From assembly GCF_006345805.1 (NCBI RefSeq), contig NC_042997.1:35464001-35528000 (forward strand): a stretch of 64,000 nt of DNA, written 5' to 3'. The stretch is from Octopus sinensis (taxonomy: Eukaryota). The position numbers were made by a program, and so were the translations under genes. Positions 1 to 12,090 of this stretch are shown here, in pieces (the first letter of the stretch is position 1; each line of letters starts with the position of its first letter). Under the pieces are notes generated by a model, which saw only the letters and a program-made list of their open reading frames with translations, ran no database searches and was not told the DNA's origin.

Positions 1-6
1 ACATAT

Positions 7-43
<37 letters not shown>

Positions 44-182
44 ATGTATGTATGTATGTATGTATGTATGTATGTATGTATACATATGCATATGTATATA
101 TATATTTTTTATTTTGGGAAAGTGGAAATTTTACCGGTGAATGTGTTAAATTATAAGAGAAAGACTCTCCCCAGACACAACA

Positions 183-271
<89 letters not shown>

Positions 272-275
272 CAGA
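1..275. repeat. compound microsatellite (CA)n/(TA)n/(TATG)n/(GA)n
   Basis: Direct reading of the sequence; accounts for the spurious ORFs 44-322 and 151-417. Confidence 0.95.
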
Positions 276-1447
276 GAGAATGGGACAGAGGGACAGCTTC
301 AGTTAGATGGTTAGACAGATAGTTAAATAGATCATGTATGTTCTTGTTGCACGAGGCATATATGTGCTCTTGGATGTTGAAATGTATTGCTAACCGTTTC
401 CCTGAAAAAGAGCACATCTGCCTAAATATATATTATAACCATTGTCACTTGAAATGCGTGAATCACGCCTTACAGCAGCAGCTCCATTTCGTTGCAGCTC
501 AGTTTCACTTGACAGTCAAGGAGTTTATATTAAGAGAGTGCATACTGGATAACATATATCTGTGTATGTGTAAATTTAGGATGAACTGTGCAAATATTCC
601 CGAAACATAATTGTAATCTCAGAGCAAAAAAATATTCTGAAGATGTCAACCAAAGTTCAGAAGCTGATATTGATGTATTCTTTTGCATGTGATTTAGTTT
701 CTCTAGTCACACCAACGCCGCCAAATCCTTTTTTTCATCTGTTGTTAGGTAAATTATGCAAGTTTCTGGACACTGATAAACGATGTGATGCTATCAACAA
801 CAGAAGTAATGTTATCTACAGTCTGATGAACGACGTTTGTGAATGAAGGAAAATACCGAGCATTGCTTTGAATGGATAGTATATTATGTTAATATACAAT
901 ATACTTAAAAGATGATATGAGTGGCACTTAGGTTTACTAGAAATACTGAATATGGATTTCATGTATTATGACATAGATGTCAAAATATCGTAGCACATGA
1001 TGACTTGTCATTCAGTAAGTCTTATGAACAGATAAACCTGTGACTTGTTTACAGTTAGTTTTCTCAGCATTATTTTGTAAGGAATGAAGAATTTTGCATA
1101 TGATTTCGCATATAAATCCGGTGCATTATAATGGTAGCATGTGCATAAGCTCACAGCTGTAATATAGCTTTATTTTTGATAAGAACATTTATTGTCAGTT
1201 GAAATAAAAGAGACCCACGTTTCTTCCGCTGATGAAACATATATCAGGTGATTGTTCACACTTTTATACGAACAGGTTACAGTTTATTGACACTATATTT
1301 TCACTGCCACTCTCAGCATTATATGTGATTTCCTATGCGTACGTACTAAAAACATATATTAATATTACTGTGTGTACATATATTATGTACATATATACAT
1401 AAATATGTTTTGAGTACACATACACATATACTATGTATGTATCTCTC

Positions 1448-1519
<72 letters not shown>

Positions 1520-2959
1520 AATACACCGTCACTTAAAAGTGACCAAAAGTGCAGCGAGCACCAGGATTGCGAGAAATAACAGTCGGAGATTTTTTAACCA
1601 CAGAAAGCACATGTTCTACTCGGCTAACATGGGAGATATCATCCCTACCGCAAGCGAGGTACATTAAGTTAGCATGCTTATTTGTATAGACATTAATGCT
1701 CATCAGTAATGCTTACTCAATAGCGGGTGGTGAAGCTGAACTCAAGGCTGTCAATACTTATAGATTTTACCAAAGGAATCAGCGGCTGATTCCGCAAAAT
1801 GGCTAGATGCAATTTAAAACAAAAAAGAAACAATTCATTGTCACTACAAAGCGAATAAGTTTAGAGGGATTACCGGCGTTGCTAGAAATAAGTGTCAGAA
1901 ACGTCTAAGCCACAGTCAGCACGTGTATTTAACTGTCTGTTTGCCGACCGGCGACGTCGTATGAGGTCGTACTGCCATGTGGTGGTCTTTTGTACGCTGA
2001 GCTTCTCCCCTGTTCGTCGATTTTTGTGATAGTTGAAACAAAGGAACAATGTTTTTCTAACAATATTGTCGGAATAAGAGAGAACTGGAAATATTATCTC
2101 CTGTAAAATATACATAGAAACATATACATATTGAGTGGTGTGTTTGTGTGTGTTTACTTAATTTGGAGGTTCTGAATATCCTATTGAAAATGCCTCTCTA
2201 CGCACATTCTGTTTGTATTTCTTGAATACTTCTGATAGAGTTTTCTTTGATCTAACATATAGAGGCCTTTGTTTCTGCGCTTTTATTGCTATTATATTAT
2301 TTCAATGGAGTTATAATCATTATAATTCAGATATTGATTCTTTTTCATCAGGGTTTAAAGATTAAATATATATTTAGGAGTATTGTACACAATATTTTCC
2401 CTTTTACTCTCTGAATAAACACGGGTGTTATTACAAGAAATAAAATCATAACATAACCACTGAATTCATGAACCTTATATTTTAAGAACTGATGTGTAGT
2501 GGAGAATCTTTAGTGAAGTGATTCGACAGAGAAGGCAGCTAATGAATAGCATATTACTGTGTTTTCTTACACGGTCTAAATCCTCTAGATATATTGGGGT
2601 AGCATTATTTCGCAATAGCTATGACTGTATAGATATGAGGGTCTATATGTTTTACCTGGACGAATTCAAAATAAAATCAATTGAACAAATGGAAAGAAAA
2701 TTGATGTAAAATTCCTTGTTAAAACTAGCGTAAGCAACGTCAGCCATATATACATCACATTAGTCATAATAACTGTAAGTAATAATGTAGAAGAAAGCTA
2801 AATATTTTACTAGAAAATCGAATTCTCTGTCTACAGATGAAATAAACTCCAGAGAGTAATATGAGCAGGAAAATAGCGAATATTCTGCTCGCTATAACGA
2901 TATTTTCTCGTGCTGAATTCTATTATCATGATGTAATAAGAAAAAGTGTAAGAGAGATG

Positions 2960-3043
2960 CATACATGCATATATATATATATACACATACATAGGCATAT
3001 ACATACATAGGTATATATGTACATATGGGTGTATGTATATATA

Positions 3044-3125
<82 letters not shown>

Positions 3126-3400
3126 GTATATATATTTAAACATATATATATACATATATACATATATATATATATGTGTATGTATATATATGTACATATA
3201 TGTTAATATATTTATATGTACATATATATATATATATATATGTACATACACACACACATATATATATACATGTGTGCATGTAAGTGTATGTGTTTGTGCC
3301 TGAGTGTTTGTACGTGTATGTGCAAATGTGTGTGAGTGTGCGTGTATGTGTGTTTGCGTGTGTGTGAGTTTGTATGAAAGAATAAAGTATATATAACAAA
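2960..3400. repeat. compound (TA)n/(TG)n/(CA)n microsatellite tract
   Basis: Direct reading; source of several low-complexity ORFs. Confidence 0.95.
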
Positions 3401-5424
3401 TATGAAAAACATCTGATGAAATACGCAATTGAGCATGAATAAACATCCAACATATATAAACTGTTTATAACAGTGATAAACATTTTCTCTCAATCAACCC
3501 AGCCTTACCAATTGTTTGGCAAAAATAGAACATACATTTGTCGATAGCTGTAATGAAATAGTCTATACCTTGTTAATAGTTTAGAAAACTTCAATGAATT
3601 GTCCCCCAACTGATCCATATTAATACTAACTTATACATGCATGTTACTGAAAAAAATTATACCATACAAATAGGAAACGCATTTAGCAAAGGCCAGACTC
3701 CAAACAACATATTTAATTCTATACGTATAGAAAAATGTTTATTGTACATAGTGTGTATATATATATTGAGATTAAAGATAAATTTTCCTACATCTTAACA
3801 TAGTCTTATGTTATGACCAATTCGAAAGTTTGCCACTTTTGAATTATGAGGAGATAAATCATTCTCACAACATTCTTGTTATCAACGAAGACACAATAGG
3901 GTATTTCAAGCATTTATAGACAATAAAAAGCATTAAAAAAATTTTCGTAACTACATACAGAAGAGTAAGTGGACCTTCCTATTGTGAACATACGTCCGAT
4001 AAAAGCAGGTGCTTATTGTCCGTGCCAGTTCGAAGAGATAAGGTGAATTTGGCATGTTAAACAGACAAATGGAATCTCCTTGTGTTTTATGTGTATACCA
4101 GGCATGGTTCTGAGAACTCCAATAAAATTAAAGTGTGCATCATGAACAGCTCGTCAGAAACTGCTCTTTAAATCAAAATGAAATTAAAGGAAAACTGATC
4201 ATATGAACGGCATTCTTACCTGTAGCAAACAAATCAACGCTTTCCTAACCAAATGTAAAATTTCTGACATGATAGAAGAAAGCTAACAAATAAAGACAAA
4301 CAGATTGATTGAAACAAGTTTAATAGCGGCACACGTAAACTACAATATACAAAACTAAGAGCTGGAGTCCACACCACCAGTCTGCTCAATCCACATCAAG
4401 AGAAGATATTCACATTGGCGGCAATGGAGTTATTGAGAAACGGTGAAATCTCTACGGAACTATCAGGAATAGCAGCCACATCTCTACAAATCACAGGCTC
4501 TTAGGATTTACAGCTTTTTATGAACCGGTGGGGAGATACAGACACAGGAACGTATTTCAAGTCTAGCGTAACTTTCCTGAAGTTGATTATAATTTGATTT
4601 GTAATTTGCAGCTGTTGAACAATTGTGTATACTGAAGGCCTTACTCGAAGTAACGACCTGCAACACTTTATCAGATGTTCCAGCTGAATTTAGCACACCC
4701 ACACAGGATGGTGTCAATTTAAAGGTTAAACTCGACTCTTGAAAGTCGAGCCCACGCTGGATAGTGAATATCGCTGTATTGAAGCTCCGCTTAATTGCTT
4801 GGTATTTGGCTCATAAGGAACATCGTGATGGCTGCGTACGAACAAGATTTTGACGAAGTTAAACAGTAACAACAATGTGAACGCTTTCGAAAGAATGTGT
4901 CGGGAGACTATAAATCTTAAGACGCGACATTAGTGAGAACATTTCTAACGAAACTTTTGATAACATCAATAACAACTATAGCAACATGAACAACATTCAT
5001 TTACGTTCCGAGTGAGAAAGTCAGAGAAAACGGGAACGGTTCTGCTGCTGTTTTTGAACGGGTATTTTTTATGGAAATATAATCCTGACGAAGACGGAAA
5101 TCTAGAAGCAATAAGGTTGGAAAAAAATCTATACTTAAAGAAATCTTTTAAAATGAACAAGAAGGAAAATGGAATGCTTTATGTATACGAAAAAGCGGAG
5201 AGTCTTCCAATTTGCACTGAATGATAAAGAGAAAACGTGGAAAAGAAGCATTATTCGAAGTGTCGGACCCTGTCTTCTCCATCCATCAGAGTAAGGAATA
5301 TTGAAGTATTCGTCCGGTATTAAAAAAAAGAGATAGACATATGTCAAGACAGATCATTTTGATTCAAATTTGACTATAGTCTCATGACACAATATATAAG
5401 CCAGCAGAATATTCCGATCCCAAA

Positions 5425-5745
5425 GGCGGCGAGCAGGCAGAAACGTTAGCACGCCAAGCGAAATGCTTAGTGCTATTACGTCTGCCTCTACGTTGTGAGT
5501 TCAAATTCCGCTGAGGTCGACTTTGCCTTTCTTCCTTTCGGGGTCGATTAAATAAGTACCAGTTACGCACTGGGGTCGATTTAATTGACATAATCCGTTT
5601 GTACCCCCAGCATAGCTTGACAACCGATGGTGGTGTGTTTACGTCCCCGTAAGTTAACGGTTCGGCAAAAGAGACTATTAGAATAAGTACTAGGCTTCTT
5701 TCTCCCCTCTGTGTGTAACCCCTTGCGGGTAGTATAGAAAGAAGA
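5425..5745 (+). mobile_element. tRNA-derived SINE family A (GGCGGCGAGCTGGCAGAA head), chimeric with a family B internal segment
   Basis: Head ggcggcgagcaggcagaaacgttagc, B-box-like gagttcaaattcc, body shared with 15167-15400; 5598-5697 matches the family B body (cf. 7730-7825). Confidence 0.85.
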
Positions 5746-6789
5746 ATACTCCGATCACACATGGTCACATTGACATTTAAATAATGATGTCAACGTTATA
5801 GTGTGAGAGGGGAAGGCCGACGAGTGTAGGAAATTCTGATGTAATGCACTAGAAACAACATTTTAGCCGCTTCGGTGGACGAAGTGACTCATTGTGTCGT
5901 GTAATGATATAGGGCAAATAATTGGGAAGGGTTTGGTTACCAGCGGTGGGGAGTGCAAGTGTTAGTGTACCTTCATTTTCTGTAGCAAATAAATTGAATT
6001 TCCTAATTTAACTATTGTGAATAAAAGGAGAATTGTCATTGATACTCCTCGATATAATTAATTCAGTTTGCAATTTAATTATTCGGTGCTAAATAATACT
6101 TGTTTTACATAAGGTCCAGTTTAGAAACAACGTATTTTCATATTCTTCAATTAATATACCCCGACTAAAATCATGAAGGTGTTACTCATATATAACACCT
6201 CTCTCTGCATAAAACTAAGGCTTTGTTAACACACGAAAATGTGCATTCCACCTCACACATATACACAGAGAAAGAGACACAGAGATAAATGGAGACATAT
6301 ATATATATATATATATAACTTTATATATATATATATATATATACACATAAATACATAAATTTGTGTAGCTTCAGGAATACACATACACATACACACACAC
6401 AAACACACGCACACACATATATATACGTCTATGCACGTGTGTCTATGTATGAATGTAAGTATGTATCTATCTATCTATCGTATATATATATATATATATA
6501 TATAAGGAAGACCTATCGCATTTTTGTGACAGGTATTTGCATGATCATTTCTTAATAGTGGGGAAGGATTTCCCCAAATCCAATCCCACTCTCTAGACAT
6601 GGATAACATAAACTCGAAAAGAAGAACCAATTTACAACAGCGAATTTTGTGTCACAGTTTTTCTCTCAATTTCCCTGTCATAAAGAGATGTGACAATAGA
6701 GGGACCTCCCGCTCTCAATGGGACAAACGCGCACCTATACATAAAGCCAGGTATTTTCACGTTCAGGTGCATACAAACATGCATAAATA

Positions 6790-6964
6790 CACCCAAAAAC
6801 TAATTGCTGGATGGCTGTTGACTGTTTATGAACTCTTCTGTCCTTTGACAAATCCCATTTTTCGTCCTGCAGGGTGTCCAACAACCACCCTCCTAACCAA
6901 GCAAGCTTGATCGGGTTAACGGTTTAGTTGCCGACGAGCCGACCATGCATGCCGCAGGTCGTAC
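6790..6964 (-). mobile_element. probable RTE-type LINE 5' UTR fragment / RTE-derived repeat
   Basis: GC-richer block reading ggtcggctcgtcggcaactaaacc...caggacgaaaaa...cagccatccagcaa on the minus strand; assignment is from recalled resemblance only. Confidence 0.4.
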
Positions 6965-7025
6965 ATATATATATGTGTGTGTGTGGGTTTTGTGTGTGTG
7001 TGTATGCTTATGTGTGTGTGTATGC

Positions 7026-7064
<39 letters not shown>

Positions 7065-7480
7065 TTAGTAGAAAATATTTATATCGTATTACTTTTCTGA
7101 GAGGCTGCTCTATTTTGATGATTAGCATCTAACAAAATTAATTAAATAGACGGAACGCCTCCTATGCTTTTTAATTAGTATCTTAATTAAAAGCTTAAAT
7201 AATCACCATGAGATAGCAGTGATTATTCTAGCATTCATGAAAGCATCGTTCGTAGATAAAGTATCATCATGAAAGCTATTCAAATTTCGGAATTTCCGCT
7301 CAAGTTTTAGTATGAACTTTGAAAATGGTAAACTTGATAGTAGTTGTGACAGATTTATTACTTGTTATAATTCACTATATTTCGTTTTGTATTTGTCGTC
7401 GAATGTTTTAAAATTTAAAAGTAAGTAAGTATGTAAGTAAGAAGGTAAAATTTATATTGCATATCGGAGAATAATTTTCT

Positions 7481-7646
7481 AGGAGTGGCTCTGTGGTAAG
7501 TAGGTTGCTTACCAACCACATGGTTCTGGGTTCAGTCCCCCTGCGTGACACCTTGCGTAGGTGTCTTCTACTATAGCCTCAGGCCGACCAAAGCCTTGTG
7601 AGTGGATTTGGTAGACGGAAACTGAAAGAAACCCATCGTATATATA

Positions 7647-7696
<50 letters not shown>

Positions 7697-7908
7697 TATA
7701 TATATTTATGTTTGTGTGTCTGTGTTTGTTCCCCAAAATCGCTTCACCATCGATGGTAGTGTGTTTACGTTCCCGTAACTTAGCGGTTCGGCAAAAGAGA
7801 CTATTAGAATAAGTACTAGGCTTACAAAGTCGATTTGCTTGACTAAAGGCGGTGATCCAGCATGGCCACAGTCAAATGACTGAAATAAGTAAAAGAGAAA
7901 AAGAGTAA
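7481..7908 (+). mobile_element. tRNA-derived SINE family B (AGGAGTGGCTGTGTGG head, internal TA microsatellite)
   Basis: A-box-like tggctctgtgg, B-box-like ggttcagtccc, conserved body, tail cagcatggccacagtcaaatgactgaaataagtaaaaga; multiple copies in the window. Confidence 0.9.
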
Positions 7909-7954
7909 AATTTAAATCAAGAAAAATATTCTCCGATCTACAATATAATTTTTA

Positions 7955-7956
7955 CC

Positions 7957-7992
<36 letters not shown>

Positions 7993-7996
7993 CACT

Positions 7997-8043
<47 letters not shown>

Positions 8044-8100
8044 GTACTACTGCTACGAATGCGACGACGACGACTACGACGACTACTGCTACTACTAAAC
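7955..8100. repeat. (TACT)n-(CTA)n-(CGA)n compound microsatellite
   Basis: Direct reading. Confidence 0.95.
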
Positions 8101-8221
8101 ATAATAATAATTCCTTGGGAGTTGACCATATTGATAAATAATGTGGATGTTTAATATTCAAGCTTACATAATAACAGATGATACAAGTAGTAGCAGACAG
8201 AGATATAGAATATTCCAGGTC

Positions 8222-8530
8222 TTTGACGAAAGAAAATTTGAGAGATATGACAGGTTAGCTTATGAAGTTAAGCAGTTGTGGTCGATGAAAAATGTAGCAG
8301 TACTAGCAATAATTGTTGGATGCCTGGGAGCAATGAGCAAAAATCTCGAGAAGTACGTGGACCAAATAGGGGCTGCAATAAGGGTCGATCACTTGCAGAA
8401 GACAGCACTGCTTGGAACCGCTCGAACACTCCGGAAGGTGCTCGAAAAATAAGAGATGTTACCTGAGTTCACTGGTAGTGAACAGCTGATACTGTAGAAC
8501 ATCTCCAGCGTTAGAAGCTTTGCAAAGACA
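8222..8530 (+). mobile_element. 5'-truncated R4/Dong-type non-LTR retrotransposon (RLE endonuclease C-terminus plus 3' UTR)
   Basis: ORF 8141-8452 ends RKFERYDRLAYEVKQLWSMKNVAVLAIIVGCLGAMSKNLEKY...LQKTALLGTARTLRKVLEK*, the typical C-terminus of RLE-bearing LINEs; followed by a short UTR and a (TAA)n-like tract. Confidence 0.85.
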
Positions 8531-9546
8531 ATAATAACAATAATAATTATTATAATAATATTAATAATAATAGGCTAAATCTACACAGATCTACAATCCC
8601 AAGAATTGGACAATATCAGGTCACCACATTGTTCCAACAAGATCAGAAAATTGTTTATTAACGGCTGAATGGAAAGTTTATCAATAGTGAGAGATCTTGA
8701 GCGCAAGCAATTGCTCGTATAAGCGTACGGGTGTACGCGAACAGACGCATCTATGTATAAATATGTTTAAGTAGTGGGGTATATTTGATGAACTTCTGAA
8801 TCAAAATATGAACAAAGTACTCAATACACGCCAGAAGCTCTTATTTTCTAACTGGGACAAATCTTTTGCTGAAATATTATATTACTATTCGTGAAAAATA
8901 ACCTTTTCTTCTGTGTGGTGTAAATGGAAATTTATTGACATTATGGGGCTTGACTTTGGTGAATCACCAAGTGATAGCTGTTTCATCATAATCTCAAAAC
9001 TCTGTTCTGAAATTTTGCTCGACTACACAAGAGTGAGATATGGTAAAGGAGGAAATTTTCAATGCGCATTGGAGATTATACACATCCAGTAACTGTAAAC
9101 TGAAAATTCACTAAATTTTGATTTTCTGCTGAAGTCATTTGCATTCTCTGTCCATATTAGTTGCATGAACCATACAATTTTTTATTTGTACAGCGCATAA
9201 AATGTTGTAGACAAATAATAATACATGCTGATATCTTCATTCCATGGATTAGTTAATATTGCAAAATATACATACTATATCGTGGTAAAATATAAACAGC
9301 AGCAATATATTTTTAAAAAAGAAAACAGTAAATGTTATTCTCTTTTCCGGATAGCTAGTAGCTGATTATTTGCGAGTGATGAGAGCTTCCCGCACAGTTA
9401 AAGCTACTCATTCGCATGTAACGTAAATGTTACAATGATGTTTAGCAAATTTAACACCCTAGACATAAATATGCATACATATATACAGACAGACAGACAT
9501 ACATACACGCACACACATATATATACATGCATACTCTCTCTCTCTC

Positions 9547-9933
9547 TTTTACTTGTTTCAGTCATTTGACTGCGGCCATGCTGGAGCACCGCCTTTAATC
9601 GAGCAATTCGATCCCGGGACTTATTCTTTTGTAAGCCCAGTACTTATTCTATCGGTCTCTTTTGCCGAACCGCTAAGTAACGGGGACATAAACACACCGG
9701 CATCAGTTGTCAAGCAATGCTAGGGGGACAAACACAGACACACATACACTGATATATATATACATATATACGACGGGCTTCTTTCAGTTTCCGTCTACCA
9801 AATCCACTCACAGGGCTTTGGTCGGCCCGAGGCTATAGTAGAAGACACATGCCCAAGGTGCCACGCAGTGGAACTAAACCCGGAACCATGTGGTTGGTAA
9901 ACAAGCTACTTACCACACAGCCACTCCTGCGCC
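9547..9933 (-). mobile_element. SINE family B, near full length
   Basis: Reverse complement of 7481-7908 across head, body and tail. Confidence 0.92.
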
Positions 9934-10026
9934 TATGTATGTATGTATGTATGTATGTATGTATGGTTATAATATGCATGTATGTGTGTATGGTTATAAT
10001 ATGCATGTATGTGTGTATGGTTATAA

Positions 10027-10478
10027 TTTCTCTGCTATTTCAGTCATTTAACTGCGGCCCTGCTCGAGCAACACTTTTGAGAGTTTTTGGTCGGACAAGT
10101 CGACCCCACCACTTATTCTATGTAAGCTTAGAACTTATTCTATCGGTCTCTTTTGCCGAACCGCTAAGTTACAGGGTCCTAAAGATACCAACACCGGTAG
10201 TCAAGAAATGATAGGGGGACAAACACAGACACACAAACATATACACGCACACGTATACACACAAACATATACACACACACGCATACATATATATATATAT
10301 AAATATATATATATACGACAGGTTTCTTTCAGTTTCCGATTTCCATCTACCAAGTTCACTCAAAAGACATTGGTCGACCCGAGGCTATAGTAGAAGACAA
10401 TTGTTTAAGGTGCCACGCAGTGGGCCTGAAACCGGAGCCATGTGGCTGGAAAGAAGCTTCTTACCGCACAGCCACGCA
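10027..10478 (-). mobile_element. SINE family B
   Basis: Reverse-complement match to the family B consensus visible in the window. Confidence 0.9.
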
Positions 10479-10675
10479 GTTCACCTATCGCGGTTTATTA
10501 TTTAAGCTTATGTCGTTTCCTCCGTGATGTTGTTTTGCATTTATAATAAAATTAATATATAGAAATTATAAAATTAATTAAAAAAATACAGTACATCACT
10601 GTTTCTACTTCGCGGATTTCCACATATCGCAGCGGATTTTGCAAAGTAATATTTCCAATAGTTGAGGGACCGCTG
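10479..10675. mobile_element. Tigger/pogo-like (Tc1-mariner) MITE end
   Basis: Ends gagggaccgctg|ta (reverse complement TA|CAGCGGTCCCTC, Tigger-type TIR with TA) and has internal ttcgcgg/tatcgcgg motifs; the other end is not seen. Confidence 0.55.
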
Positions 10676-11019
10676 TATATGTAAAATAGCAAAACATATA
10701 TGAGCAAATTATATATAAGCAAATAGCAAAATGTATTTAAACAAAATAGCTAGTTGTAAAATCTCACGAAGAGAACAGAGTTGTAAAGGCAGTCACAACA
10801 TCAAAGTGGCTATTGAATATTACTACGAGTTTAATGCCAGGCAGATTCTCCGCAACTGACGATGAGATAAATAGCTCGAAACTAAATCTCGCGATCATCG
10901 TACCTGCGAGAGGCTGGTAGGGTTTCGGGCCCCCCTCCAAACAATATATTGTATATAAAGGGTACAAAGTCGTACAGATAACCAGCTGGTGGAGATTAAA
11001 CTAGTAGCTGAATGAAAGG

Positions 11020-11825
11020 CATAAAGGATGCACTGGCCCAGGAGGGATTGTAATCGCTGAGTCAACTCAGTGCATGACCTGGGCATTGTCACGAGTAATG
11101 ATGCATCTTTCCATGTGTATATTACTAGGTTCGAAGAAAATGCTGGCAGCGGGCCGGATGGGTCCTTAGAACGTTCAGAACGAAAGAACAGGAAACCTTG
11201 ATGTTTCTATGGAGGACATGTGTCCTCAGCCGCTTAGACTACTTCTTCCATCTACGGTCACTTAAAAGCGTCAAATTAACGGAAGATCTCGAAGCATTCC
11301 GGCGAATCTACACAAAAAAGATCGTCTCAGTGAGACAGATCAGCTACCGAGAGAGGCTGAGAAACGCAAGACTTTTCCCTAGTACAATCCCAGTAAATAT
11401 ATGTAGTGATATACATCTGGAAAATCCTGACCGGATGTGAAACTATCTTTGGTATTGAAAAGTTACACAAACACCAGAGCGGGTCACCACTGCATGGTGC
11501 TAAGAATCCCAGCGTTGCCATCATGATACAGGACCAGACGCTGCAAAAGGTTGGATTTCAAAGGACAACAGCTCTCAACGTCCTCCCAGAAGGCTTCAGA
11601 GATGTCCATGTGATCGATATAGATGCTTTCAACACAAGTGTGGAAAGTTCCATATCAGCCAAGCTCGCAGAAGGCAGCACGAATGAGGACAGTAACATCA
11701 AAGTGCCTCTTTGACAATACACCGCGTGCAAGATGAGGTCTCAAGTAGTGAAGATGTATCAAAGCTGATGGTGGTGCGCTAGCATTGCTGCATCTCTTTA
11801 TGGCTAAAACGAATAAAAGAAAAAT
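11020..11825 (+). mobile_element. CR1-clade LINE 3' fragment (degenerate RT C-terminal region plus tail)
   Basis: Frameshifted translation VHDLGIVTSNDASFHVYI...WVLRTFRTKEQETLMFLWRTCVLSRLDY...DLEAFRRIYTKKIVSVRQISYRERLR...IYIWKILTG matches CR1 ORF2 C-terminal motifs. Confidence 0.8.
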
Positions 11826-11829
11826 TGAA

Positions 11830-11844
11830 GTACAAATATATATA

Positions 11845-11901
<57 letters not shown>

Positions 11902-11973
11902 TATATTTATATATATATATATATATACACACATATATGTATTTATATATATTAATATATATATATGTGTGTA

Positions 11974-12025
<52 letters not shown>

Positions 12026-12090
12026 TACACACATATATACACACACAGACACATACATATATATAAATAAATATATATATATGCGCACAT
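11830..12090. repeat. (TA)n/(CA)n microsatellite tract
   Basis: Direct reading. Confidence 0.95.

Noticed and set aside
1775-1793. Short palindromes ggaatcagc-g-gctgattcc (1775-1793) and tggagactgcagtctcca (58965-58982)
   Set aside because: Isolated 18-19-bp palindromes with no associated termini or repeats; no function can be supported.
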